Shown: piece after piece, positions 24,601 through 39,600 of the stretch
How positions within the stretch are numbered: position 1 is the first letter of the stretch
How the letters are laid out: every line of letters starts with the position of its first letter
From: Auanema rhodensis
Lineage: Eukaryota > Animalia > Nematoda
Assembly: GCA_964057225.1 (NCBI GenBank)
Contig: OZ059894.1
Location: 19,468,001 to 19,532,000 of the forward strand
Direction: 5' to 3'
Length of the DNA stretch: 64,000 nucleotides
Translations under genes and position numbers: made by a program
Notes under the pieces: model-generated
Databases searched by the model: none
The model's input: the letters and a program-made list of their open reading frames with translations, nothing else
What the model was told of the DNA's origin: nothing

Positions 24601-27600
24601 GGGTGAAAATCGAGGATATAAGTGTGAACTTATATCAGTTGAGATCTCGGTGCATTTTTAAGCTAGCGCAAATCTGATAACACAGAACGACGCAGCTTAA
24701 AAATTCGCATCGAATGCACTATACTACATTGAGAAACGCTTAATACAAAAATTAGTTATGATCGTTTGAAAAATGATGCATTAGTGTATGTTGAGTTTCC
24801 ATGTACACTCAACATTGCTTCCAAAAACATTTTGACAAAAATTTTTTCGAAAAATTTCAAAATAATTTAGCAAAAAGTAGATGTTTTTAGATTCCTTTTT
24901 TCAAGGCAAAGACGATGGACAATGTTATTCAACGAAAAAATTGATTCTTCAGGGTGAAAATCGAGGATATAAGTGTGAACTTATATCAGTTGATATCTCG
25001 GTGCATTTTTAAGCTAGCGCAAATCTGATAACACAGATCGACGCAGCTTAAAAATCCGCATCGAATGCACTATACTACATTGAGAAACGCGTAATACAAA
25101 AATTAGTTATGATCGTTTGAAAAATGATGCGTTAGTGTATGTTGAGTTTCCATGTACACTCAACATTGCTTCCAAAAACATTTTGACAAAAATTTTTTCG
25201 AAAAATTTCAAAATAATTTAGCAAAAAGTAGATGTTTTTAGATTCCTTTTTTCAAGGCAAAGACGATGGACAATGTTATTCAACGAAAAAATTAATTCTT
25301 CAGGGTGAAAATCGAGGATATAAGTGTGAACTTATATCAGTTGATATCTCGGTGCATTTTTAAGCTAGCGCAAATCTGATAACACAGAACGACGCAGCTT
25401 AAAAATTCGCATCGAATGCACTATACTACATTGAAAAACGCTTAATACAAAAATTAGTTATGATCGTTTGAAAAATGATGCATTAGTGTATGTTGAGTTT
25501 CCATGTACACTCAACATTGCTTCCAAAAACATTTTGACAAAAATTTTTTCGAAAAATTTCAAAATAATTTAGCAAAAAGTAGATGTTTTTAGATTCCTTT
25601 TTTCAAGGCAAAGACGATGGACAATGTTATTCAACGAAAAAATTAATTCTTCAGGGTGAAAATCGAGGATATAAGTGTGAACTTATATCAGTTGAGATCT
25701 CGGTGCATTTTTAAGCTAGCGCAAATCTGATAACACAGAACGACGCAGCTTAAAAATTCGCATCGAATGCACTATACTACATTGAGAAACGCTTAATACA
25801 AAAATTAGTTATGATCGTTTGAAAAATGATGCATTAGTGTATGTTGAGTTTCCATGTACACTCAACATTGCTTCCAAAAACATTTTGACAAAAATTTTTT
25901 CGAAAAATTTCAAAATAATTTAGCAAAAAGTAGATGTTTTTAGATTCCTTTTTTCAAGGCAAAGACGATGGACAATGTTATTCAACGAAAAAATTGATTC
26001 TTCAGGGTGAAAATCGAGGATATAAGTGTGAACTTATATCAGTTGATATCTCGGTGCATTTTTAAGCTAGCGCAAATCTGATAACACAGATCGACGCAGC
26101 TTAAAAATCCGCATCGAATGCACTATACTACATTGAGAAACGCGTAATACAAAAATTAGTTATGATCGTTTGAAAAATGATGCGTTAGTGTATGTTGAGT
26201 TTCCATGTACACTCAACATTGCTTCCAAAAACATTTTGACAAAAATTTTTTCGAAAAATTTCAAAATAATTTAGCAAAAAGTAGATGTTTTTAGATTCCA
26301 TTTTTTAAGGCAAAGACGATGGACAATGTTATTCAACGAAAAAATTAATTCTTCAGGGTGAAAATCGAGGATATAAGTGTGAACTTATATCAGTTGATAT
26401 CTCGGTGCATTTTTAAGCTAGCGCAAATCTGATAACACAGAACGACGCAGCTTAAAAATCCGCATCGAATGCACTATACTACATTGAGAAACGCTTAATA
26501 CAAAAATTAGTTATGATCGTTTGAAAAATGATGCATTAGTGTATGTTGAGTTTCCATGTACACTCAACATTGCTTCCAAAAACATTTTGACAAAAATTTT
26601 TTCGAAAAATTTCAAAATAATTTAGCAAAAAGTAGATGTTTTTAGATTCCTTTTTTCAAGGCAAAGACGATGGACAATGTTATTCAACGAAAAAATTAAT
26701 TCTTCAGGGTGAAAATCGAGGATATAAGTGTGAACTTATATCAGTTGATATCTCGGTGCATTTTTAAGCTAGCGCAAATCTGATAACACAGAACGACGCA
26801 GCTTAAAAATTCGCATCGAATGCACTATACTACATTGAAAAACGCTTAATACAAAAATTAGTTATGATCGTTTGAAAAATGATGCATTAGTGTATGTTGA
26901 GTTTCCATGTACACTCAACATTGCTTCCAAAAACATTTTGACAAAAATTTTTTCGAAAAATTTCGAAATAATTTAGCAAAGAGTAGATGTTTTTAGATTC
27001 CATTTTTCGAGCCAAAGACGATGGACAATGTTATTCAACGAAGAAATTAATTCTTCAGGGTGAAAATCGAGGATATAAGTGTGAACTTATATCAGTTGAT
27101 ATCTCGGTGCATTTTTAAGCTAGCGCAAATCTGATAACACAGATCGACGCAGCTTAAAAATCCGCATCGAATGCACTATACTACATTGAGAAACGCTTAA
27201 TACAAAAATTAGTTATGATCGTTTGAAAAATGATGCATTAGTGTATGTTGAGTTTCCATGTACACTCAACATTGCTTCCAAAAACATTTTGACAAAAATT
27301 TTTTCGAAAAATTTCAGAATAATTTAGCAAAAAGTAGATGTTTTTAGATTCCATTTTTCAAGGCAAAGACGATGGACAATGTTATTCAACGAAAAAATTA
27401 ATTCTTCAGGGTGAAAATCGAGGATATAAGTGTGAACTTATATCAGTTGATATCTCGGTGCATTTTTAAGCTAGCGCAAATCTGATAACACAGATCGACG
27501 CAGCTTAAAAATCCGCATCGAATGCACTATACTACATTGAGAAACGCTTAATACAAAAATTAGTTATGATCGTTTGAAAAATGATGCATTAGTGTATGTT

Positions 27601-30600
27601 GAGTTTCCATGTACACTCAACATTGCTTCCAAAAACATTTTGACAAAAATTTTTTCGAAAAATTTCAGAATAATTTAGCAAAAAGTAGATGTTTTTAGAT
27701 TCCATTTTTCAAGGCAAAGACGATGGACAATGTTATTCAACGAAAAAATTAATTCTTCAGGGTGAAAATCGAGGATATAAGTGTGAACTTATATCAGTTG
27801 ATATCTCGGTGCATTTTTAAGCTAGCACAAATCTGATAACACAGATCGACGCAGCTTAAAAATCCGCATCGAATGCACTATACTACATTGAAAAACGCTT
27901 AATACAAAAATTAGTTATGATCGTTTGAAAAATGATGCGTTAGTGTATGTTGAGTTTCCATGTACACTCAACATTGCTTCCAAAAACATTTTGACAAAAA
28001 TTTTTTCGAAAAATTTCAGAATAATTTAGCAAAAAGTAGATGTTTTTAGATTCCATTTTTCAAGGCAAAGACGATGGACAATGTTATTCAACGAAAAAAT
28101 TAATTCTTCAGGGTGAAAATCGAGGATATAAGTGTGAACTTATATCAGTTGATATCTCGGTGCATTTTTAAGCTAGCGCAAATCTGATAACACAGATCGA
28201 CGCAGCTTAAAAATCCGCATCGAATGCACTATACTACATTGAGAAACGCTTAATACAAAAATTAGTTATGATCGTTTGAAAAATGATGCATTAGTGTATG
28301 TTGAGTTTCCATGTACACTCAACATTGCTTCCAAAAACATTTTGACAAAAATTTTTTCGAAAAATTTCAGAATAATTTAGCAAAAAGTAGATGTTTTTAG
28401 ATTCCATTTTTCAAGGCAAAGACGATGGACAATGTTATTCAACGAAAAAATTAATTCTTCAGGGTGAAAATCGAGGATATAAGTGTGAACTTATATCAGT
28501 TGATATCTCGGTGCATTTTTAAGCTAGCGCAAATCTGATAACACAGATCGACGCAGCTTAAAAATCCGCATCGAATGCACTATACTACATTGAGAAACGC
28601 TTAATACAAAAATTAGTTATGATCGTTTGAAAAATGATGCGTTAGTGTATGTTGAGTTTCCATGTACACTCAACATTGCTTCCAAAAACATTTTGACAAA
28701 ACTTTTTTCGAAAAATTTCAAAATAATTTAGCAAAAAGTAGATGTTTTTAGATTCCATTTTTTAAGGCAAAGACGATGGACAATGTTATTCAACGAAAAA
28801 ATTAATTCTTCAGGGTGAAAATCGAGGATATAAGTGTGAACTTATATCAGTTGATATCTCGGTGCATTTTTAAGCTAGCGCAAATCTGATAACACAGAAC
28901 GACGCAGCTTAAAAATCCGCATCGAATGCACTATACTACATTGAGAAACGCTTAATACAAAAATTAGTTATGATCGTTTGAAAAATGATGCATTAGTGTA
29001 TGTTGAGTTTCCATGTACACTCAACATTGCTTCCAAAAACATTTTGACAAAAATTTTTTCGAAAAATTTCAAAATAATTTAGCAAAAAGTAGATGTTTTT
29101 AGATTCCTTTTTTCAAGGCAAAGACGATGGACAATGTTATTCAACGAAAAAATTAATTCTTCAGGGTGAAAATCGAGGATATAAGTGTGAACTTATATCA
29201 GTTGATATCTCGGTGCATTTTTAAGCTAGCGCAAATCTGATAACACAGAACGACGCAGCTTAAAAATTCGCATCGAATGCACTATACTACATTGAAAAAC
29301 GCTTAATACAAAAATTAGTTATGATCGTTTGAAAAATGATGCATTAGTGTATGTTGAGTTTCCATGTACACTCAACATTGCTTCCAAAAACATTTTGACA
29401 AAAATTTTTTCGAAAAATTTCGAAATAATTTAGCAAAAAGTAGATGTTTTTAGATTCCATTTTTTAAGGCAAAGACGATGGACAATGTTATTCAACGAAA
29501 AAATTAATTCTTCAGGGTGAAAATCGAGGATATAAGTGTGAACTTATATCAGTTGATATCTCGGTGCATTTTTAAGCTAGCGCAAATCTGATAACACAGA
29601 ACGACGCAGCTTAAAAATCCGCATCGAATGCACTATACTACATTGAGAAACGCTTAATACAAAAATTAGTTATGATCGTTTGAAAAATGATGCATTAGTG
29701 TATGTTGAGTTTCCATGTACACTCAACATTGCTTCCAAAAACATTTTGACAAAAATTTTTTCGAAAAATTTCAGAATAATTTAGCAAAAAGTAGATGTTT
29801 TTAGATTCCATTTTTCAAGGCAAAGACGATGGACAATGTTATTCAACGAAAAAATTAATTCTTCAGGGTGAAAATCGAGGATATAAGTGTGAACTTATAT
29901 CAGTTGAGATCTCGGTGCATTTTTAAGCTAGCGCAAATCTGATAACACAGAACGACGCAGCTTAAAAATTCGCATCGAATGCACTATACTACATTGAGAA
30001 ACGCTTAATACAAAAATTAGTTATGATCGTTTGAAAAATGATGCATTAGTGTATGTTGAGTTTCCATGTACACTCAACATTGCTTCCAAAAACATTTTGA
30101 CAAAAATTTTTTCGAAAAATTTCAAAATAATTTAGCAAAAAGTAGATGTTTTTAGATTCCTTTTTTCAAGGCAAAGACGATGGACAATGTTATTCAACGA
30201 AAAAATTAATTCTTCAGGGTGAAAATCGAGGATATAAGTGTGAACTTATATCAGTTGATATCTCGGTGCATTTTTAAGCTAGCGCAAATCTGATAACACA
30301 GAACGACGCAGCTTAAAAATTCGCATCGAATGCACTATACTACATTGAAAAACGCTTAATACAAAAATTAGTTATGATCGTTTGAAAAATGATGCATTAG
30401 TGTATGTTGAGTTTCCATGTACACTCAACATTGCTTCCAAAAACATTTTGACAAAAATTTTTTCGAAAAATTTCGAAATAATTTAGCAAAAAGTAGATGT
30501 TTTTAGATTCCATTTTTTAAGGCAAAGACGATGGACAATGTTATTCAACGAAAAAATTAATTCTTCAGGGTGAAAATCGAGGATATAAGTGTGAACTTAT

Positions 30601-33600
30601 ATCAGTTGATATCTCGGTGCATTTTTAAGCTAGCGCAAATCTGATAACACAGAACGACGCAGCTTAAAAATCCGCATCGAATGCACTATACTACATTGAG
30701 AAACGCTTAATACAAAAATTAGTTATGATCGTTTGAAAAATGATGCATTAGTGTATGTTGAGTTTCCATGTACACTCAACATTGCTTCCAAAAACATTTT
30801 GACAAAAATTTTTTCGAAAAATTTCAAGATAATTTAGCAAAAAGTAGATGTTTTTAGATTTCTTTTTTCAAGGCAAAGACGATGGACAATGTTATTCAAC
30901 GAAAAAATTAATTCTTCAGGGTGAAAATCGAGGATATAAGTGTGAACTTATATCAGTTGATATCTCGGTGCATTTTTAAGCTAGCGCAAATCTGATAACA
31001 CAGAACGACGCAGCTTAAAAATTCGCATCGAATGCACTATACTACATTGAAAAACGCTTAATACAAAAATTAGTTATGATCGTTTGAAAAATGATGCATT
31101 AGTGTATGTTGAGTTTCCATGTACACTCAACATTGCTTCCAAAAACATTTTGACAAAAATTTTTTCGAAAAATTTCGAAATAATTTAGCAAAAAGTAGAT
31201 GTTTTTAGATTCCATTTTTCAAGGCAAAGACGATGGACAATGTTATTCAACAAAAAAATTAATTCTTCAGGGTGAAAATCGAGGATATAAGTGTGAACTT
31301 ATATCAGTTGATATCTCGGTGCATTTTTAAGCTAGCGCAAATCTGATAACACAGATCGACGCAGCTTAAAAATCCGCATCGAATGCACTATACTACATTG
31401 AAAAACGCTTAATACAAAAATTAGTTATGATCGTTCGAAAAATGATGCATTAGTGTATGTTGAGTTTCCATGTACACTCAACATTGCTTCCAAAAACATT
31501 TTGACAAAAATTTTTTCGAAAAATTTCGAAATAATTTAGCAAAAAGTAGATGTTTTTAGATTCCATTTTTCAAGGCAAAGACGATGGACAATGTTATTCA
31601 ACAAAAAAATTAATTCTTCAGGGTGAAAATCGAGGATATAAGTGTGAACTTATATCAGTTGATATCTCGGTGCATTTTTAAGCTAGCGCAAATCTGATAA
31701 CACAGAACGACGCAGCTTAAAAATTCGCATCGAATGCACTATACTACATTGAGAAACGCTTAATACAAAAATTAGTTATGATCGTTTGAAAAATGATGCA
31801 TTAGTGTATGTTGAGTTTCCATGTACACTCAACATTGCTTCCAAAAACATTTTGACAAAAATTTTTTCGAAAAATTTCAAAATAATTTAGCAAAAAGTAG
31901 ATGTTTTTAGATTCCTTTTTTCAAGGCAAAGACGATGGACAATGTTATTCAACGAAAAAATTAATTCTTCAGGGTGAAAATCGAGGATATAAGTGTGAAC
32001 TTATATCAGTTGATATCTCGGTGCATTTTTAAGCTAGCGCAAATCTGATAACACAGAACGACGCAGCTTAAAAATTCGCATCGAATGCACTATACTACAT
32101 TGAAAAACGCTTAATACAAAAATTAGTTATGATCGTTTGAAAAATGATGCATTAGTGTATGTTGAGTTTCCATGTACACTCAACATTGCTTCCAAAAACA
32201 TTTTGACAAAAATTTTTTCGAAAAATTTCGAAATAATTTAGCAAAAAGTAGATGTTTTTAGATTCCATTTTTCAAGGCAAAGACGATGGACAATGTTATT
32301 CAACAAAAAAATTAATTCTTCAGGGTGAAAATCGAGGATATAAGTGTGAACTTATATCAGTTGATATCTCGGTGCATTTTTAAGCTAGCGCAAATCTGAT
32401 AACACAGATCGACGCAGCTTAAAAATCCGCATCGAATGCACTATACTACATTGAAAAACGCTTAATACAAAAATTAGTTATGATCGTTCGAAAAATGATG
32501 CATTAGTGTATGTTGAGTTTCCATGTACACTCAACATTGCTTCCAAAAACATTTTGACAAAAATTTTTTCGAAAAATTTCGAAATAATTTAGCAAAAAGT
32601 AGATGTTTTTAGATTCCATTTTTCAAGGCAAAGACGATGGACAATGTTATTCAACAAAAAAATTAATTCTTCAGGGTGAAAATCGAGGATATAAGTGTGA
32701 ACTTATATCAGTTGATATCTCGGTGCATTTTTAAGCTAGCGCAAATCTGATAACACAGAACGACGCAGCTTAAAAATCCGCATCGAATGCACTATACTAC
32801 ATTGAGAAACGCTTAATACAAAAATTAGTTATGATCGTTTGAAAAATGATGCATTAGTGTATGTTGAGTTTCCATGTACACTCAACATTGCTTCCAAAAA
32901 CATTTTGACAAAAATTTTTTCGAAAAATTTCAAGATAATTTAGCAAAAAGTAGATGTTTTTAGATTCCTTTTTTCAAGGCAAAGACGATGGACAATGTTA
33001 TTCAACGAAAAAATTAATTCTTCAGGGTGAAAATCGAGGATATAAGTGTGAACTTATATCAGTTGATATCTCGGTGCATTTTTAAGCTAGCGCAAATCTG
33101 ATAACACAGAACGACGCAGCTTAAAAATTCGCATCGAATGCACTATACTACATTGAAAAACGCTTAATACAAAAATTAGTTATGATCGTTTGAAAAATGA
33201 TGCATTAGTGTATGTTGAGTTTCCATGTACACTCAACATTGCTTCCAAAAACATTTTGACAAAAATTTTTTCGAAAAATTTCGAAATAATTTAGCAAAGA
33301 GTAGATGTTTTTAGATTCCATTCTTCAAGGCAAAGACGATGGACAATGTTATTCAACGAAAAAATTAATTCTTCAGGGTGAAAATCGAGGATATAAGTGT
33401 GAACTTATATCAGTTGATATCTCGGTGCATTTTCAAGCTAGCGCAAATCTGATAACACAGATCGACGCAGCTTAAAAATCCGCATCGAATGCACTATACT
33501 ACATTGAAAAACGATTAATACAAAAATTAGTTATGATCGTTCGAAAAATGATGCATTAGTGTATGTTGAGTTTCCATGTACACTCAACATTGCTTCCAAA

Positions 33601-36600
33601 AACATTTTGACAAAAATTTTTTCGAAAAATTTCGAAATAATTTAGCAAAAAGTAGATGTTTTTAGATTCCATTTTTCAAGGCAAAGACGATGGACAATGT
33701 TATTCAACAAAAAAATTAATTCTTCAGGGTGAAAATCGAGGATATAAGTGTGAACTTATATCAGTTGATATCTCGGTGCATTTTTAAGCTAGCGCAAATC
33801 TGATAACACAGAACGACGCAGCTTAAAAATCCGCATCGAATGCACTATACTACATTGAGAAACGCTTAATACAAAAATTAGTTATGATTGTTTGAAAAAT
33901 GATGCATTAGTGTATGTTGAGTTTCCATGTACACTCAACATTGCTTCCAAAAACATTTTGACAAAAATTTTTTCGAAAAATTTCAGAATAATTTAGCAAA
34001 AAGTAGATGTTTTTAGATTCCATTTTTCAAGGCTAAGACGATGGACAATGTTATTCAACGAAAAAATTAATTCTTCAGGGTGAAAATCGAGGATATAAGT
34101 GTGAACTTATATCAGTTGATATCTCGGTGCATTTTCAAGCTAGCGCAAATCTGATAACACAGATCGACGCAGCTTAAAAATCCGCATCGAATGCACTATA
34201 CTACATTGAGAAACGCTTAATACAAAAATTAGTTATGATCGTTTGAAAAATGATGCGTTAGTGTATGTTGAGTTTCCATGTACACTCAACATTGCTTCCA
34301 AAAACCTTTTGACAAAAATTTTTTCGAAAAATTTCGAAATAATTTAGCAAAAAGTAGATGTTTTTAGATTCCATTTTTCATGGCAAAGACGATGGACAAT
34401 GTTATTCAACGAAAAAATTAATTCTTCAGGGTGAAAATCGAGGATATAAGTGTGAACTTATATCAGTTGATATCTCGGTGCATTTTTAAGCTAGCGCAAA
34501 TCTGATAACACAGAACGACGCAGCTTAAAAATCCGCATCGAATGCACTATACTACATTGAGAAACGCTTAATACAAAAATTAGTTATGATCGTTTGAAAA
34601 ATGATGCATTAGTGTATGTTGAGTTTCCATGTACACTCAACATTGCTTCCAAAAACATTTTGACAAAAATTTTTTCGAAAAATTTCAAGATAATTTAGCA
34701 AAAAGTAGATGTTTTTAGATTCCTTTTTTCAAGGCAAAGACGATGGACAATGTTATTCAACGAAAAAATTAATTCTTCAGGGTGAAAATCGAGGATATAA
34801 GTGTGAACTTATATCAGTTGATATCTCGGTGCATTTTTAAGCTAGCGCAAATCTGATAACACAGAACGACGCAGCTTAAAAATTCGCATCGAATGCACTA
34901 TACTACATTGAAAAACGCTTAATACAAGAATTAGTTATGATCGTTTGAAAAATGATGCATTAGTGTATGTTGAGTTTCCATGTACACTCAACATTGCTTC
35001 CAAAAACATTTTGACAAAAATTTTTTCGAAAAATTTCGAAATAATTTAGCAAAAAGTAGATGTTTTTAGATTCCATTTTTCAAGGCAAAGACGATGGACA
35101 ATGTTATTCAACAAAAAAATTAATTCTTCAGGGTGAAAATCGAGGATATAAGTGTGAACTTATATCAGTTGATATCTCGGTGCATTTTTAAGCTAGCGCA
35201 AATCTGATAACACAGATCGACGCAGCTTAAAAATCCGCATCGAATGCACTATACTACATTGAAAAACGCTTAATACAAAAATTAGTTATGATCGTTCGAA
35301 AAATGATGCATTAGTGTATGTTGAGTTTCCATGTACACTCAACATTGCTTCCAAAAACATTTTGACAAAAATTTTTTCGAAAAATTTCGAAATAATTTAG
35401 CAAAAAGTAGATGTTTTTAGATTCCATTTTTCAAGGCAAAGACGATGGACAATGTTATTCAACAAAAAAATTAATTCTTCAGGGTGAAAATCGAGGATAT
35501 AAGTGTGAACTTATATCAGTTGATATCTCGGTGCATTTTTAAGCTAGCGCAAATCTGATAACACAGAACGACGCAGCTTAAAAATTCGCATCGAATGCAC
35601 TATACTACATTGAGAAACGCTTAATACAAAAATTAGTTATGATCGTTTGAAAAATGATGCATTAGTGTATGTTGAGTTTCCATGTACACTCAACATTGCT
35701 TCCAAAAACATTTTGACAAAAATTTTTTCGAAAAATTTCAAAATAATTTAGCAAAAAGTAGATGTTTTTAGATTCCTTTTTTCAAGGCAAAGACGATGGA
35801 CAATGTTATTCAACGAAAAAATTAATTCTTCAGGGTGAAAATCGAGGATATAAGTGTGAACTTATATCAGTTGATATCTCGGTGCATTTTTAAGCTAGCG
35901 CAAATCTGATAACACAGAACGACGCAGCTTAAAAATTCGCATCGAATGCACTATACTACATTGAAAAACGCTTAATACAAAAATTAGTTATGATCGTTTG
36001 AAAAATGATGCATTAGTGTATGTTGAGTTTCCATGTACACTCAACATTGCTTCCAAAAACATTTTGACAAAAATTTTTTCGAAACATTTCGAAATAATTT
36101 AGCAAAAAGTAGATGTTTTTAGATTCCATTTTTTAAGGCAAAGACGATGGACAATGTTATTCAACGAAAAAATTAATTCTTCAGGGTGAAAATCGAGGAT
36201 ATAAGTGTGAACTTATATCAGTTGATATCTCGGTGCATTTTTAAGCTAGCGCAAATCTGATAACACAGAACGACGCAGCTTAAAAATCCGCATCGAATGC
36301 ACTATACTACATTGAGAAACGCTTAATACAAAAATTAGTTATGATCGTTTGAAAAATGATGCATTAGTGTATGTTGAGTTTCCATGTACACTCAACATTG
36401 CTTCCAAAAACATTTTGACAAAAATTTTTTCGAAAAATTTCAAGATAATTTAGCAAAAAGTAGATGTTTTTAGATTCCTTTTTTCAAGGCAAAGACGATG
36501 GACAATGTTATTCAACGAAAAAATTAATTCTTCAGGGTGAAAATCGAGGATATAAGTGTGAACTTATATCAGTTGATATCTCGGTGCATTTTTAAGCTAG

Positions 36601-39600
36601 CGCAAATCTGATAACACAGAACGACGCAGCTTAAAAATTCGCATCGAATGCACTATACTACATTGAAAAACGCTTAATACAAAAATTAGTTATGATCGTT
36701 TGAAAAATGATGCATTAGTGTATGTTGAGTTTCCATGTACACTCAACATTGCTTCCAAAAACATTTTGACAAAAATTTTTTCGAAAAATTTCGAAATAAT
36801 TTAGCAAAAAGTAGATGTTTTTAGATTCCATTTTTCAAGGCAAAGACGATGGACAATGTTATTCAACAAAAAAATTAATTCTTCAGGGTGAAAATCGAGG
36901 ATATAAGTGTGAACTTATATCAGTTGATATCTCGGTGCATTTTTAAGCTAGCGCAAATCTGATAACACAGATCGACGCAGCTTAAAAATCCGCATCGAAT
37001 GCACTATACTACATTGAAAAACGCTTAATACAAAAATTAGTTATGATCGTTCGAAAAATGATGCATTAGTGTATGTTGAGTTTCCATGTACACTCAACAT
37101 TGCTTCCAAAAACATTTTGACAAAAATTTTTTCGAAAAATTTCGAAATAATTTAGCAAAAAGTAGATGTTTTTAGATTCCATTTTTCAAGGCAAAGACGA
37201 TGGACAATGTTATTCAACAAAAAAATTAATTCTTCAGGGTGAAAATCGAGGATATAAGTGTGAACTTATATCAGTTGATATCTCGGTGCATTTTTAAGCT
37301 AGCGCAAATCTGATAACACAGAACGACGCAGCTTAAAAATCCGCATCGAATGCACTATACTACATTGAGAAACGCTTAATACAAAAATTAGTTATGATCG
37401 TTTGAAAAATGATGCATTAGTGTATGTTGAGTTTCCATGTACACTCAACATTGCTTCCAAAAACATTTTGACAAAAATTTTTTCGAAAAATTTCAAGATA
37501 ATTTAGCAAAAAGTAGATGTTTTTAGATTCCTTTTTTCAAGGCAAAGACGATGGACAATGTTATTCAACGAAAAAATTAATTCTTCAGGGTGAAAATCGA
37601 GGATATAAGTGTGAACTTATATCAGTTGATATCTCGGTGCATTTTTAAGCTAGCGCAAATCTGATAACACAGAACGACGCAGCTTAAAAATTCGCATCGA
37701 ATGCACTATACTACATTGAAAAACGCTTAATACAAAAATTAGTTATGATCGTTTGAAAAATGATGCATTAGTGTATGTTGAGTTTCCATGTACACTCAAC
37801 ATTGCTTCCAAAAACATTTTGACAAAAATTTTTTCGAAAAATTTCGAAATAATTTAGCAAAGAGTAGATGTTTTTAGATTCCATTCTTCAAGGCAAAGAC
37901 GATGGACAATGTTATTCAACGAAAAAATTAATTCTTCAGGGTGAAAATCGAGGATATAAGTGTGAACTTATATCAGTTGATATCTCGGTGCATTTTTAAG
38001 CTAGCGCAAATCTGATAACACAGAACGACGCAGCTTAAAAATCCGCATCGAATGCACTATACTACATTGAGAAACGCTTAATACAAAAATTAGTTATGAT
38101 TGTTTGAAAAATGATGCATTAGTGTATGTTGAGTTTCCATGTACACTCAACATTGCTTCCAAAAACATTTTGACAAAAATTTTTTCGAAAAATTTCAGAA
38201 TAATTTAGCAAAAAGTAGATGTTTTTAGATTCCATTTTTCAAGGCTAAGACGATGGACAATGTTATTCAACGAAAAAATTAATTCTTCAGGGTGAAAATC
38301 GAGGATATAAGTGTGAACTTATATCAGTTGATATCTCGGTGCATTTTCAAGCTAGCGCAAATCTGATAACACAGATCGACGCAGCTTAAAAATCCGCATC
38401 GAATGCACTATACTACATTGAGAAACGCTTAATACAAAAATTAGTTATGATCGTTTGAAAAATGATGCGTTAGTGTATGTTGAGTTTCCATGTACACTCA
38501 ACATTGCTTCCAAAAACCTTTTGACAAAAATTTTTTCGAAAAATTTCGAAATAATTTAGCAAAAAGTAGATGTTTTTAGATTCCATTTTTTATGGCAAAG
38601 ACGATGGACAATGTTATTCAACGAAAAAATTAATTCTTCAGGGTGAAAATCGAGGATATAAGTGTGAACTTATATCAGTTGATATCTCGGTGCATTTTTA
38701 AGCTAGCGCAAATCTGATAACACAGATCGACGCAGCTTAAAAATCCGCATCGAATGCACTATACTACATTGAGAAACGCTTAATACAAAAATTAGTTATG
38801 ATCGTTTGAAAAATGATGCATTAGTGTATGTTGAGTTTCCATGTACACTCAACATTGCTTCCAAAAACATTTTGACAAAAATTTTTTCGAAAAATTTCAA
38901 AATAATTTAGCAAAAAGTAGATGTTTTTAGATTCCTTTTTTCAAGGCAAAGACGATGGACAATGTTATTCAACGAAAAAATTAATTCTTCAGGGTGAAAA
39001 TCGAGGATATAAGTGTGAACTTATATCAGTTGAGATCTCGGTGCATTTTTAAGCTAGCGCAAATCTGATAACACAGAACGACGCAGCTTAAAAATTCGCA
39101 TCGAATGCACTATACTACATTGAGAAACGCTTAATACAAAAATTAGTTATGATCGTTTGAAAAATGATGCATTAGTGTATGTTGAGTTTCCATGTACACT
39201 CAACATTGCTTCCAAAAACATTTTGACAAAAATTTTTTCGAAAAATTTCAGAATAATTTAGCAAAAAGTAGATGTTTTTAGATTCCATTTTTCAAGGCAA
39301 AGACGATGGACAATGTTATTCAACGAAAAAATTAATTCTTCAGGGTGAAAATCGAGGATATAAGTGTGAACTTATATCAGTTGAGATCTCGGTGCATTTT
39401 TAAGCTAGCGCAAATCTGATAACACAGAACGACGCAGCTTAAAAATCCGCATCGAATGCACTATACTACATTGAGAAACGCTTAATACAAAAATTAGTTA
39501 TGATCGTTTGAAAAATGATGCATTAGTGTATGTTGAGTTTCCATGTACACTCAACATTGCTTCCAAAAACATTTTGACAAAAATTTTTTCGAAAAATTTC

